From NCBI GenBank assembly GCA_038046005.1, contig JBBSXB010000001.1, positions 1 through 64,000 of the forward strand: a stretch of 64,000 nt of DNA, read 5' to 3'. Under the pieces are notes generated by a model. It saw only the letters and a list, made by a program, of their open reading frames with translations. It made no database searches and was not told the DNA's origin. Within the stretch, counting starts at the first letter, position 1, and each line of letters starts with the position of its first letter. Position numbers and translations under genes: made by a program. The stretch is from Nanobdellota archaeon. Its GTDB lineage: Archaea > Nanobdellota > Nanobdellia > Pacearchaeales > GW2011-AR1. Shown in pieces: positions 47,548-56,863 of this stretch.

Positions 47548-47901
47548 TTAGGAAGAAGTTAAGACTTCTAATTTTGATAAAACGAAATTGACTAGCTCTT
47601 TAGGAACAACTTCACACTCTTCCGTTTCAGAGAGAACTTTGGCTAAATTTCCAAACTCGGCTCCAGTAGCGATTAAAATGAAAGGATTATGAGTATCCAC
47701 ATCATTGGAAAATTTTTCTAAGTCTCTATTTGGAACTCTAACATAATCTCCGTCACGAGGGCAACTGACTAACCCATACATTTCCAAATTTGTAGTTAAA
47801 ACAATAGCGTGTTGCTTTATGTTAGGATTAGCCGTATCGAATCTAGCATATGCTAATTTTATACTTTCTATAGCGTTTGGTAATTGACTTGTATTTGCCA
47901 T
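47548..47901 (-). CDS. Orphan hypothetical protein downstream of tRNA-Pro
   Basis: ATG at 47901; the longer ORF-track start lies inside the tRNA. Confidence 0.6.
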   Translation of the reverse strand: MANTSQLPNAIESIKLAYARFDTANPNIKQHAIVLTTNLEMYGLVSCPRDGDYVRVPNRDLEKFSNDVDTHNPFILIATGAEFGNLAKVLSETEECEVVPKELVNFVLSKLEVLTSS

Positions 47902-47960
47902 AAAAAGAAAACTATTTATTGAGTTTTTAAAAGTTGTGGATTTTGGAATTTCTTTAATAA

Positions 47961-48033
47961 TGGGGATACCAAGATTTGAACTTGGGTCGCGAGGTCCCAA
48001 ACCTCGAAGGCTACCAGACTACCCCATATCCCC
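47961..48033 (-). tRNA. tRNA-Pro(TGG)
   Basis: GGGGATA/TATCCCC-A; CGAGG-TTTGGGA-CCTCG; TTCAAAT. Confidence 0.95.
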
Positions 48034-48098
48034 TGTAAAACTAAGCGTTAAATTTTATTTATAAAAGTATTGATGAGATAAAAAACACAAAAAGAAAA

Positions 48099-48866
48099 TT
48101 ATTTTTTCTTCACTGCTTTCTTCTCATCTTTTGCCGGTGCTTTTGCAGGAGCTTTAGCGTCTGCCTTCGCTGGTGTTGCAGCCGTTGCAGCCGCAGGAGT
48201 TGCGCCAGCAGCTGGAGTTGCTCCAGGAGCCGCAGGAGTTGCAGCAGCTTTTTCAGCTTCGGCAGCTTGTTTAGCAGCTTCTTCCTTCTTTATTGCTTCT
48301 TCTTGCTTAGATTTTATTTCAGCGAATTCTTTGTCCAGCTTGGATTTCTTTTCAGGAGAAAGATGTGTTTTTTCTTCTTTTATTTCTTTATCATATTTTC
48401 CTTGAGATATTTCCTGAGAAACTTCTGCAGGAGATTTACATTCAACCAAAACTCCAAGACTGACACAAGTTCCAACAACTGATTTTACGGCTGCCTTTAG
48501 GTCTCTTGAAAGCATGTTTGGCATTTTTGTTTTTGCAACAGAAATTACCTGTTCTATAGAAATGTTTCCAGCATATAATTTTTTTTGAGTTCCTGATCCT
48601 TTTTCTATCTTTATTTCTCTTTTGATAAGTTCAGAAACTGGAGGAGAAAAAACTTTGACTGTAAATTCTTTTGTAGAAGAATTGACATCTATTTCTATTG
48701 GAACTTTAAGTCCTTCAAAGTTTTTTGTCGCGTCGTTCACTCTTTGAATAACCTGGCCAATATTAATTCCTGCAGGCCCAAGCTTCTGGCTCAAAGCAGG
48801 ATTTGGCTTCATTGCCCCGCCTTCTGTTAATATTTTAACTTGCATCTTCCTCGTCTCTTCTGACAA
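48099..48866 (-). CDS. rpl11: 50S ribosomal protein uL11 with Ala/Pro/Lys-rich extension
   Basis: P.PALSQKLGPAG, SPPVSEL, VGTCVSLG. Confidence 0.95.
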   Translation of the reverse strand: MSEETRKMQVKILTEGGAMKPNPALSQKLGPAGINIGQVIQRVNDATKNFEGLKVPIEIDVNSSTKEFTVKVFSPPVSELIKREIKIEKGSGTQKKLYAGNISIEQVISVAKTKMPNMLSRDLKAAVKSVVGTCVSLGVLVECKSPAEVSQEISQGKYDKEIKEEKTHLSPEKKSKLDKEFAEIKSKQEEAIKKEEAAKQAAEAEKAAATPAAPGATPAAGATPAAATAATPAKADAKAPAKAPAKDEKKAVKKK

Positions 48867-49287
48867 CTTTCAAGTTGTCCAATTTAATTGTAACTGGCAA
48901 TGGAACAACAGCTCCAAGCAAGCTTACTACTGCTTCTTCTTTCTGTTTGTCTATTCTTATAACTTTCGCTTTTTCTTTTTTGAATGGCTCAGATATAATT
49001 TCTACAATGTCTCCTTCCTTGATTAAGATGTCAACAATGCTCGGCTCTATCATATTTTTTATTTCTTCGTAGCCTATTGTTTTACCAATGATTCCCTTGA
49101 CATAAGGCAGATTGAAAACTGCTTCTTCTGCTGATTCCCTGTCTTCAGCTTCGAGCAAAACATAGCCCCTAAGTCCATGAGGCCTTAAAACAGAATATAC
49201 ATTAAGGGATTTTTTTTCTGACCTTTCAGCTATCATTTCGACTGCCCGGTCTTCTTTGTTTGTCGTGACTTTTATAATAAATAACAT
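48835..49287 (-). CDS. spt5: Transcription elongation factor Spt5 (NusG)
   Basis: NGN domain (GYVLLE) and KOW (GDIVEIISEPF). Confidence 0.95.
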   Translation of the reverse strand: MLFIIKVTTNKEDRAVEMIAERSEKKSLNVYSVLRPHGLRGYVLLEAEDRESAEEAVFNLPYVKGIIGKTIGYEEIKNMIEPSIVDILIKEGDIVEIISEPFKKEKAKVIRIDKQKEEAVVSLLGAVVPLPVTIKLDNLKVVRRDEEDAS

Positions 49288-49410
49288 TTTTCAAAACCTA
49301 CGGTTTTGTATCCCTCAAGCGACTTCCTTTCTTTGCCTCCGATGGAAGTCTGTACAAAACCTTTGTGTGTTTAGCTCCGTCTAGGACTTAATTCCTTAAG
49401 AAGGAGTAAT
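49288..49410 (-). promoter_or_regulatory. Structured 5' leader of spt5-rpl11 with alternative pairings
   Basis: CTTAA-GGAA-TTAAG hairpin; GACTTCC/GGAAGTC; CAAAACC can pair with either of two GGTTTTG copies. Confidence 0.55.
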
Positions 49411-49437
49411 ATTAGGTAAAATTGTGTGTTTAAAAAT

Positions 49438-51267
49438 TTATTGGTCTGTGTCTATAAATAGATTTCTGCCAAATTGATTTGGTGTTTCTTTAAAAGACCA
49501 ACCATCAGATGTTTTTATGAAGTTTTTAGAGGGGTTGTAAAACCAATCCGGACCACTGTTCCAAGTGGGAGAATTAGAAGAATTTGATGGAGCATAAGAG
49601 ATGGTAAGCATAATATCCTTTCCAGAAACAACAGGAATACTATAGTTTAAAGATAATTTTATCGGTCCGCTTGAATAGGAATTTGGCTGATTAGCAACAG
49701 CAACACCTGAATCAAGAACAGACAGGTCATCAATGTTCAATGATTGTAAATCAAAATTTGAGGCGTCTTTTAGTCTCCATTTAAAGTTTGGAAAGGTGTT
49801 ATCAGAATAATAAATATAATTTGTTACATAAACTTCTAACCCTGATAATTTTCCCGTTTTAGAAATCTTAATTTGCTGCGCGAGCTCCCTAATAGGGCCG
49901 CTGACAATCGCTCCTCCGAAAAAGTAGCCAGAAAAACTTGCAGTCGTGTCTATGTCTGGCCAAATTAAATTTCTTATTTTGTAGAAGACATAAGGATTGG
50001 CATTATTAAGTTCTTGATGATCTGAATTTATTAGAAAAGACTCTGCTAACGATGGCTGTTCTTTTGGAGACAAAAACTGTGGTTTGGCGCTGGAAACTTG
50101 AATAAAACCATCATCTTCGCCAGAAATTATTTGGCTAAAAAAACCTTCTTTATTTCCAGCAACATTTAGATATCTTGATTGGACAATTTTGCCCGAGCTA
50201 TTAAGATATTTCAAGAAATCACTTCCCTTGTAGAGATCCTTTGCACCATCGCTAAAAAGACCTCTTGATTCAAAATAAGAATCAAGAATTGATCCATTCA
50301 TCACAGCCTTAATTGAGGCAGCCCACTCTTTATCAAAAACACCGTCATGCGGGCTTCCCAGAGTTATTAAATTCCTAAATTTTTCTGGATGGTTTAGCAA
50401 AGTTTTTCTGCCAACTATTCCACCCATGCTATGTCCAATCAAATCAATTTCTATGTTTGGATTGGTTATAAGTATTTTATCCTCTAGTTTTTCGTAGAGC
50501 GTACTAGCATTTTCAGACACTTTTTTCCCCGATGGATACTGGTAAAAAAGAACACGATTGCCATATAGATTACCCATCATGCTAGAAAATGATCTAAAAA
50601 AAGCTGAATAATCCTTAAAACAGTCTGGAGAGGAGTTTAATCCGTGAACTAAAACAGCTATTGGTTCATTTGAAGAAACTATTGAACTAAAGTCCCCTTG
50701 AAGGTCAGCAGGTTGGTACAATAATGGAGAATCAAAATTGAAGTTTATTGTTACACCGGGAATTGTGGAATTTATTTTTCCAGTTAAAGAACTACTCTGA
50801 AAGTATGGAACTCTAACACTGTCTCCTTCGATTTTTCCTTCTGTAATCTGATAGGATGAATCAAGATTATTTCTGATCACAGCAAAACCAGAAGGAACAT
50901 CTGAGATTTTTGGAAATTTAAAAAATATTGTGTCTTCAAGTGATTTGTCTATAGAAAAGGTTAATGCGCCAGTTGAAGAACTTGCCAAACTATCTGGGAT
51001 TTCTAGATTATCTTTTTTTAAAGTGATGGTTGCCTCATTTGTTGAATCATTTTGCACAGAATTTGCCGGAATAAAAACAGAATAATCATCTAATTTTACT
51101 GAGTTATCTTTTGAAGCATCAATAGTTACCATTACAGAATCTTTTGGTATTAGTGGTTCTGGCTGATTTGGTTTTTTAGAACAATTAAACAAAAGTGTGC
51201 TAAGCAGCGTTGCAGTCATCAAACCTTTTCCAAACTTTCCCCTAACAAGAGATTCAAGCATTAACAA
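49438..51267 (-). CDS. Lipoprotein-like alpha/beta hydrolase (GxSxG lipase/esterase)
   Basis: LFNC lipobox-like, VLVHGL, GHSMGG, TLGSPH.G, DDG, H. Confidence 0.8.
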   Translation of the reverse strand: MLMLESLVRGKFGKGLMTATLLSTLLFNCSKKPNQPEPLIPKDSVMVTIDASKDNSVKLDDYSVFIPANSVQNDSTNEATITLKKDNLEIPDSLASSSTGALTFSIDKSLEDTIFFKFPKISDVPSGFAVIRNNLDSSYQITEGKIEGDSVRVPYFQSSSLTGKINSTIPGVTINFNFDSPLLYQPADLQGDFSSIVSSNEPIAVLVHGLNSSPDCFKDYSAFFRSFSSMMGNLYGNRVLFYQYPSGKKVSENASTLYEKLEDKILITNPNIEIDLIGHSMGGIVGRKTLLNHPEKFRNLITLGSPHDGVFDKEWAASIKAVMNGSILDSYFESRGLFSDGAKDLYKGSDFLKYLNSSGKIVQSRYLNVAGNKEGFFSQIISGEDDGFIQVSSAKPQFLSPKEQPSLAESFLINSDHQELNNANPYVFYKIRNLIWPDIDTTASFSGYFFGGAIVSGPIRELAQQIKISKTGKLSGLEVYVTNYIYYSDNTFPNFKWRLKDASNFDLQSLNIDDLSVLDSGVAVANQPNSYSSGPIKLSLNYSIPVVSGKDIMLTISYAPSNSSNSPTWNSGPDWFYNPSKNFIKTSDGWSFKETPNQFGRNLFIDTDQ

Positions 51268-51292
51268 TGTTAGAATTCATAGTTTTTATTTA

Positions 51293-51481
51293 TTATTGTG
51301 CAAAAAAGAGTCGCATAATTAAAGATATAATAAACCCTAGAATGCCCAAGATGATAATTCCTATCGCTGAAATTTTTGCAGTCATCTGAAATTCTTTTTT
51401 TGTAGGTTTTCTGAGGGCATGCCATACTCTTTTGCATTTTATACTAAAAGACTTTGTTTTCTCCCACAATTGTGCCATCAT
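51293..51481 (-). CDS. secE: Protein translocase SecE (Sec61 gamma)
   Basis: RVW..LRKPT..EF..IG..ILG.LGFII. Confidence 0.93.
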   Translation of the reverse strand: MMAQLWEKTKSFSIKCKRVWHALRKPTKKEFQMTAKISAIGIIILGILGFIISLIMRLFFAQ

Positions 51482-51520
51482 AAAATAAGATGGAAAGGGT
51501 TTTTAAGTGTTATTGATAAA

Positions 51521-51913
51521 TTAAGATTTTATCTGCTTTGGAAAATTTGACAATATTTCTTCTATAGAATTTTTTATTCTAGAATCCTCAAAGTCTTTGT
51601 GAATTGTTACTCTAAGCCAATTTATTTGTGCTTTATTTAGATTAGGATAACTAGCACCATGAGAAAATCTATTAAAATTATCATAAGCTTCTAAAATTAC
51701 TTCATAATATTTTGACCTATAAAATTCCCAATAATAAGCACTATTTTTTTCTCCATACACCTGTTCCACAGAAATTAAATTTTTTGGAGAAATTTGTACA
51801 GGATCTTGAAGAAACACTTTATTTTTGAAAAGTAAATAGATATTTTTTAAAGCATCAGGGGGTCTATCATACCACAGAACATCATTCAAAGTAATCACAA
51901 TCGGTTTTTCCAT
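51521..51913 (-). CDS. Orphan hypothetical protein between ftsZ and secE
   Basis: 130-aa ORF with its own TATA-like element. Confidence 0.6.
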   Translation of the reverse strand: MEKPIVITLNDVLWYDRPPDALKNIYLLFKNKVFLQDPVQISPKNLISVEQVYGEKNSAYYWEFYRSKYYEVILEAYDNFNRFSHGASYPNLNKAQINWLRVTIHKDFEDSRIKNSIEEILSNFPKQIKS

Positions 51914-51956
51914 AATGCTAAATAATTATAACATTTAAAAGAATTATTGTGGTCGA

Positions 51957-53063
51957 CTATTCTTCTTCGCCTTCAAAGAATTCTATTCCCAATTCTTCCT
52001 CAATTTCTTTGTGCTTTCTTTTTTCAAGGCTGTCTGTTGTTCCGAAAATCTGAGAACTTTTAACTCCTGTGACAATCAACAAAACTCTTATTGATTTTTC
52101 CATATCTGGAGAAATTTGAGCACCCCATATTAATTTTGCATCTGGGCTCAACTTTTCACCTATCCCGCCAATTATCGTTTTGCATTCTTCAAGACTCATG
52201 TCCGGACCGCCTATAACATTAACCAAAGCGCCAGTTGCATTAGAGATGTCAACATCTAGCAAAGGGTTTTGAATCGCTTTTTCAACAGCTTCAATAGCCC
52301 TGTTCTGGCCATCTGATTCTCCCATGCCTATAAGTGAAACCCCCCCATCAACCATTACAGCTTTTATGTCTGCAAAATCTAAGTTAACTAATCCAGTTGT
52401 TGTGACTAATTCAGTAACTCCCTTAACAGCATTGGTCAAGATTTCATCAGCGATTTTGAAAGCAGTGTGTAATGGAAGTTCTGGTGCCAATTCAAGAAGC
52501 TTGTCGTTTGGAATGACTATCAAAGTATCAACAACACCTTCAAGTCTTTCCAGTCCGTTCATTGCATTTTCTATTCTTTTCTTTCCCTCTATTGTAAAAG
52601 GAATTGTCACAACTGCTATTGTTAAAGCGCCTTGTTTTTTTGCGATACTTGCTATAAATGGAGCTGCTCCTGTTCCTGTTCCTCCGCCAAGACCGCATGT
52701 TATGAAAATCATATCTGCTCCTGCAAGTTTTTTCTTGATTTCCGATTCTGATTCTTTTGCAGCTTCTTCTCCAATTTTTGGATTACTGCCCGCCCCAAGT
52801 CCTTGCGTTAACTCCCGGCCAATTAATATTTTTTGATCAGCGCTGGCATAAAGCAAATCTTGAGCATCTGTATTAATAGCTATTAATTCTCCTCCCTTAA
52901 TTCCAATTTCTTTCATTCTGCTTAGAGAATTATTTCCTCCACCTCCAACTCCCACAATTTTTGTTCTTGCTGTTTGCTTTTTTATAAGCTCTGCTAACTC
53001 TTTATCAATTTCCCTAAGTTCTGGAGAAAGATCCGAATCATCTCCTTTAACCATATAACCCAT
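51957..53063 (-). CDS. ftsZ: Cell division protein FtsZ
   Basis: GVGGGG, NTDAQ, GGGTGTG, NLDFAD. Confidence 0.98.
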   Translation of the reverse strand: MGYMVKGDDSDLSPELREIDKELAELIKKQTARTKIVGVGGGGNNSLSRMKEIGIKGGELIAINTDAQDLLYASADQKILIGRELTQGLGAGSNPKIGEEAAKESESEIKKKLAGADMIFITCGLGGGTGTGAAPFIASIAKKQGALTIAVVTIPFTIEGKKRIENAMNGLERLEGVVDTLIVIPNDKLLELAPELPLHTAFKIADEILTNAVKGVTELVTTTGLVNLDFADIKAVMVDGGVSLIGMGESDGQNRAIEAVEKAIQNPLLDVDISNATGALVNVIGGPDMSLEECKTIIGGIGEKLSPDAKLIWGAQISPDMEKSIRVLLIVTGVKSSQIFGTTDSLEKRKHKEIEEELGIEFFEGEEE

Positions 53064-53094
53064 TCACACAAAAAGAAATCTCAATTTATAAGTA

Positions 53095-53775
53095 TTATTG
53101 TGCTGTTTCTTCAACCTTAATCTCTTTCACTTCCTTAACTGCCAAAAGCTTTACTTCTAAATCAAGGTCAAGTATTTCCCTGTATTTGTCTTTGAAAAGA
53201 ACAATGAATTTTTCCAGTTCTGGCTCAACTTCTAAAGTTATCTTTTTTCCGTAGATGTCATATTTTATTTCTCTTCTAAACAAGAAGTCATTGAAAGCTT
53301 TTATTTTTTCGTTTAAATCTGTGACTTTCCTTAAAACCTTTACGTTGTAAACAACATGTTTTCCCGCTAAAGGATTGTTAAAATCTACAATTACCCTCCC
53401 TCCTGAAGAAGTTATTACTTTTCCAACCCGATTATCAAAGTTAAAAACAGCTCCAGGCACAGGATTAAGATTTTGTTGGATGAATATTTTTAAAGGAATA
53501 ACTTGGACAAGTTTCGTGTCTCTAGGCCCAAAAGCATTTTCAGGGTCTAATGAGATTTCATACTTTCCAATGTCTTTTCCAATTAAAAAATCCTCAACTC
53601 CCTTGAAAAACATTCCATGGCCTAACGCAAAAATGAACGGCTTTGCTTCAATTGGATTGTCATGGCCGTGATGAAGCTTCTCAAGATCTTCTTTTATGTT
53701 GGAATCAAACACTCCTCCATCTCTTAATTTTCCCGTAAATTGCACTTCAATAAAGTCATTTTTTTGGAATGGCAT
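53095..53775 (-). CDS. slyD: FKBP-type peptidyl-prolyl isomerase (long SlyD type)
   Basis: VFDSN, AFGPRD, VDFNNPLAGK. Confidence 0.9.
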   Translation of the reverse strand: MPFQKNDFIEVQFTGKLRDGGVFDSNIKEDLEKLHHGHDNPIEAKPFIFALGHGMFFKGVEDFLIGKDIGKYEISLDPENAFGPRDTKLVQVIPLKIFIQQNLNPVPGAVFNFDNRVGKVITSSGGRVIVDFNNPLAGKHVVYNVKVLRKVTDLNEKIKAFNDFLFRREIKYDIYGKKITLEVEPELEKFIVLFKDKYREILDLDLEVKLLAVKEVKEIKVEETAQ

Positions 53776-53825
53776 GAAAATACCTGATTAAAAATCTTTA
53801 TAAATGTATTTTTTTTAGGTAGATT

Positions 53826-54212
53826 ATGACTTTAAGAATAATCAATGCAATAGATGCCAAGACTGGAACTAATATCATCATAGAAGGGATGGCCTATACC
53901 GTGAGAAAAATTGACATAAGCAAGACGGGAAAGCACGGAAGCTCCAAGTGCAGAATAGAAGCTGTCAGCATGATTAATGATCAAAAAAAAATAATTGCTG
54001 TTCCCGGGCATGAAAGATTTGATGTGCCGATGGTCAATAAAAACAAAGCACAAGTTCTTTCAATCGGAGACAAAGTAAGTGTCATGGATTTGGAAAATTT
54101 CGAGACTATAGAATTAGAGTGCCCTGAAGAATTAAGATCACAGATTGCAGAAAATGACAATGTTGAATATTGGGATATAAATGGGGAAAGAATAATAAAG
54201 AGGAAATTTTAA
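53826..54212 (+). CDS. eif5a: Translation factor aIF5A
   Basis: SKTGKHGSSK hypusine motif. Confidence 0.96.
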   Translation: MTLRIINAIDAKTGTNIIIEGMAYTVRKIDISKTGKHGSSKCRIEAVSMINDQKKIIAVPGHERFDVPMVNKNKAQVLSIGDKVSVMDLENFETIELECPEELRSQIAENDNVEYWDINGERIIKRKF

Positions 54213-54213
54213 A

Positions 54214-54501
54214 ATGATAAATCTATTAGACTTATTGAGCAGAAGAGAGGGTGATGAAAGACGAATAGAAAGAGCTAAAAGTGAAGATGGAAGCTATAAT
54301 ATTGTTGAGAATTATTTGCAAGAGGGAAGGTTACTAGGAATTATTCCAGTAGTTGTTGAAATTGAAAGAACATATTTTCCAGCAGGAAGAGTTTTTGCAG
54401 CAATAAATCTTGGACATAAAGAAAAAGTTAAAATTAAAACTAATTTTTCAAAAGAGTATAGGAAACAATTAAATAAACTAAAAAGTGTAACTAATTATTA
54501 A
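54214..54501 (+). CDS. Orphan hypothetical protein between aIF5A and rpl40e
   Basis: 95-aa ORF, tightly packed. Confidence 0.6.
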   Translation: MINLLDLLSRREGDERRIERAKSEDGSYNIVENYLQEGRLLGIIPVVVEIERTYFPAGRVFAAINLGHKEKVKIKTNFSKEYRKQLNKLKSVTNY

Positions 54502-54504
54502 AAC

Positions 54505-54666
54505 ATGGCAAAAATACCTGAAGCTCAGAATAGAATGTTTAAGAATGTGTTTGTATGCAAAAGCTGCCATACAAAAATTAGAGCGAACCCTCAAAAAATA
54601 CTGAAAGGCAAAGTTAAATGCAGAAAATGTAAGAAGAGAGCATTTAGGCCTTTGAAAAGAAAGTAG
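54505..54666 (+). CDS. rpl40e: 50S ribosomal protein eL40; not in the ORF track
   Basis: MAKIPEAQNR..VCKSC..KCRKC..FRP, 53 aa. Confidence 0.9.
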   Translation: MAKIPEAQNRMFKNVFVCKSCHTKIRANPQKILKGKVKCRKCKKRAFRPLKRK

Positions 54667-54727
54667 CTAGATTAATAAACTTTCAATATTTGTTTTTATA
54701 AATTAGTTAAATAAAAAGAGGATAAAA

Positions 54728-56140
54728 ATGAGCTATATGATTTATGATCTTATTTTGTTGGGAATATTCATAATTGCAGTTGGAAGTTTTTTATACAGAA
54801 AAAGAGAAAATTTGAAGAAGGAAGGTTTGCTTTTTCTTTACAGAGCAGAGTGGGGAATAAAATTAATAAACAGCGTAGGGAACAAGTATAAAAAAACATT
54901 AAAATTTTTGAGTTACATTTCAGTGATATTAGGGTATCTGCTCACTGTAGGAATTCTTTATCTTACTTACTCTATTGTTAAAATTTATATATTGCATCCT
55001 GAAGTTGTTAGTGCTATAAAAGTCCCGCCGATAACACCATTGATTCCCTACATTGACAAGGTTGTTCCTTTCTTGCCTCCTTTTTATTTCACATACTGGA
55101 TAGTAATTTTAGCGATTGTCGCAATAAGCCACGAATTCGCACATGGAATTTTTGCAGTTTATAACAAAGTGAAGATAAAAAAAACAGGATTTGGATTTTT
55201 CCCATTTTTCTTGCCAGTATTTTTAGCCGCTTTTGTTGAGCTTGACGAAAAAGTTATGGTAAAAAAATCAAATTTTGCGCAAAGAGCGATTCTTGCTGCA
55301 GGAACATTCGCTAATGTAGTTACTGCAGTTATATTCTTTATAGTTTTAGGATTATTTTTCATGGCAGCTTTTCAGCCAGCAGGAATTACTTTTGATGATT
55401 ATTCTTATTCTGCTTTAAGTGTTTCATCAATACACTCAATTAATGGCGTCATAGTAGTCAACACTTCTGAAGAAGGTCTTCAAAAATTAATAAAAAATGC
55501 TTCTTTCAATGAGATTGAGGCAGGAGGGAAAAATTATGCCGGTATTAAAGGATTTTCAAGTGATGGGAAAACTATAGCTCTTTATGATGATTCTCCTGCA
55601 ATAAAAGCAGGATTAAATGGTGCCATAACTGAAATTAACGGACAAAAGATAATGAGTGTAGATGCTTTGTCTCAGGAATTATCCAAACATAATCCAGGAG
55701 AAAGTGTAATCATAAAAACAGAGACAAGCAATGGAACCAAGAATTATAATATTACTTTGGGACGAAATCCTGCTAATTCTGGGAAAGTTTGGTTGGGAGT
55801 TGGTTTTTTGACACAAGAAACGAAGGGATTTTTCAATAAGGTTTTTGCATCAATTTCTTCCTTTAAAAAACCTAATATATACTACAAGTCAGTAATCGGA
55901 GAATTTGGATGGTTCATATACCACTTGCTTTGGTGGCTCATACTAATAAGTTTCAGCGTCGCATTGGTTAACATGCTGCCAATAGGAATTTTCGATGGAG
56001 GAAGATTCTTTTATCTAACAATTTTAGCAGTTACTGGAAAAGAAGTTTGGGCCCGAAAAATCTTTAAGTGGGTAACTTGGCTTTTCATACTTCTGTTGAT
56101 AGTTTTAATGGTTTTTTGGGCCTTTGCAGTTATATTCTAG
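54728..56140 (+). CDS. Site-2 protease (M50) with PDZ domain
   Basis: HEFAH, AAG, PDZ-like segment, NMLPIGIFDGG. Confidence 0.93.
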   Translation: MSYMIYDLILLGIFIIAVGSFLYRKRENLKKEGLLFLYRAEWGIKLINSVGNKYKKTLKFLSYISVILGYLLTVGILYLTYSIVKIYILHPEVVSAIKVPPITPLIPYIDKVVPFLPPFYFTYWIVILAIVAISHEFAHGIFAVYNKVKIKKTGFGFFPFFLPVFLAAFVELDEKVMVKKSNFAQRAILAAGTFANVVTAVIFFIVLGLFFMAAFQPAGITFDDYSYSALSVSSIHSINGVIVVNTSEEGLQKLIKNASFNEIEAGGKNYAGIKGFSSDGKTIALYDDSPAIKAGLNGAITEINGQKIMSVDALSQELSKHNPGESVIIKTETSNGTKNYNITLGRNPANSGKVWLGVGFLTQETKGFFNKVFASISSFKKPNIYYKSVIGEFGWFIYHLLWWLILISFSVALVNMLPIGIFDGGRFFYLTILAVTGKEVWARKIFKWVTWLFILLLIVLMVFWAFAVIF

Positions 56141-56193
56141 AAGGTTTTTTAAACTGCAAAGAATTGTTACAACGATATAAAAAAGTGGTGAAA

Positions 56194-56505
56194 ATGGGAA
56201 AAATTTCAGAAAAACAATATACTTTTATGGTTGCAATTGTTGGGATTTTGATAGTTTTATCATTATTCTTAATCTTAAGTGACTTTATTGAATTTAGAAC
56301 AGGAAACGTTGCAAAAGACGTTCAAGGAAAAAGGGAATGTTTTGTTGGGACCTGTAATACTTATTACAGATGCGGCGAAGCCGGAAGTTTACAAAAGAAC
56401 ACATGCACAGTAAATAAAGAAAGCGGGACTTGTGATCCCATAGAACCACCAAACACATGCCAATTTGTTGAAGAAGTTTGTAACACGAAGAAAGTTATTT
56501 GTTGA
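56194..56505 (+). CDS. Small membrane-anchored Cys-rich protein
   Basis: N-terminal TM, RTGNV, eight Cys. Confidence 0.55.
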   Translation: MGKISEKQYTFMVAIVGILIVLSLFLILSDFIEFRTGNVAKDVQGKRECFVGTCNTYYRCGEAGSLQKNTCTVNKESGTCDPIEPPNTCQFVEEVCNTKKVIC

Positions 56506-56805
56506 TTATCTAGAAGGAACATATTCTGCTTCCCAAAAAGAACCTTTACAGCCTTTCAAAGATAATAATTTTAAGGCATTCATTAATTCAATTTGTTTTG
56601 TATTACCAAAAGTTAATTTTTCTAAACCTCTTTCTATATCTTTTATCCTGATAATTTTTCCAGAGTGAGTTTCGACATGAGGATCACGATTACTGTCTGG
56701 ACCTAATGGAAAAACAGCAAAATACCCCTTTATTTCCAAGCCTATTATCAAACTTTCTCTTTCAGAATCACTTAAATTTTGGTAAGTATCCCAATCAATT
56801 TTCAT
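56506..56805 (-). CDS. Orphan hypothetical protein
   Basis: ATG at 56805, immediately after the duplicated gene tail. Confidence 0.55.
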   Translation of the reverse strand: MKIDWDTYQNLSDSERESLIIGLEIKGYFAVFPLGPDSNRDPHVETHSGKIIRIKDIERGLEKLTFGNTKQIELMNALKLLSLKGCKGSFWEAEYVPSR

Positions 56806-56825
56806 TTCACAAATCAATAACTCCT

Positions 56826-56862
56826 TCTTCCGAAGTGTTTCACGGAGTAAACCTTCGCAGAA
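56826..56862. repeat. GC-rich palindromic hairpin (REP-like)
   Basis: CGAAG-T-GTTT-CACGGAGT-AAAC-CTTCG. Confidence 0.5.
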
Positions 56863-56863
56863 A

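Noticed and set aside
47902-48000. N-terminal extension of ORF 47548..48000
   Set aside because: It overlaps tRNA-Pro; the ATG at 47901 is more plausible
48130-48260. GCAGGAGTT-type tandem repeats as a DNA element
   Set aside because: They simply encode the Ala/Thr/Pro linker of uL11
49288-49410. SRP RNA or 5S rRNA
   Set aside because: Lacks the SRP helix-8 CAGG/AGCA internal loop and recognisable 5S conserved blocks
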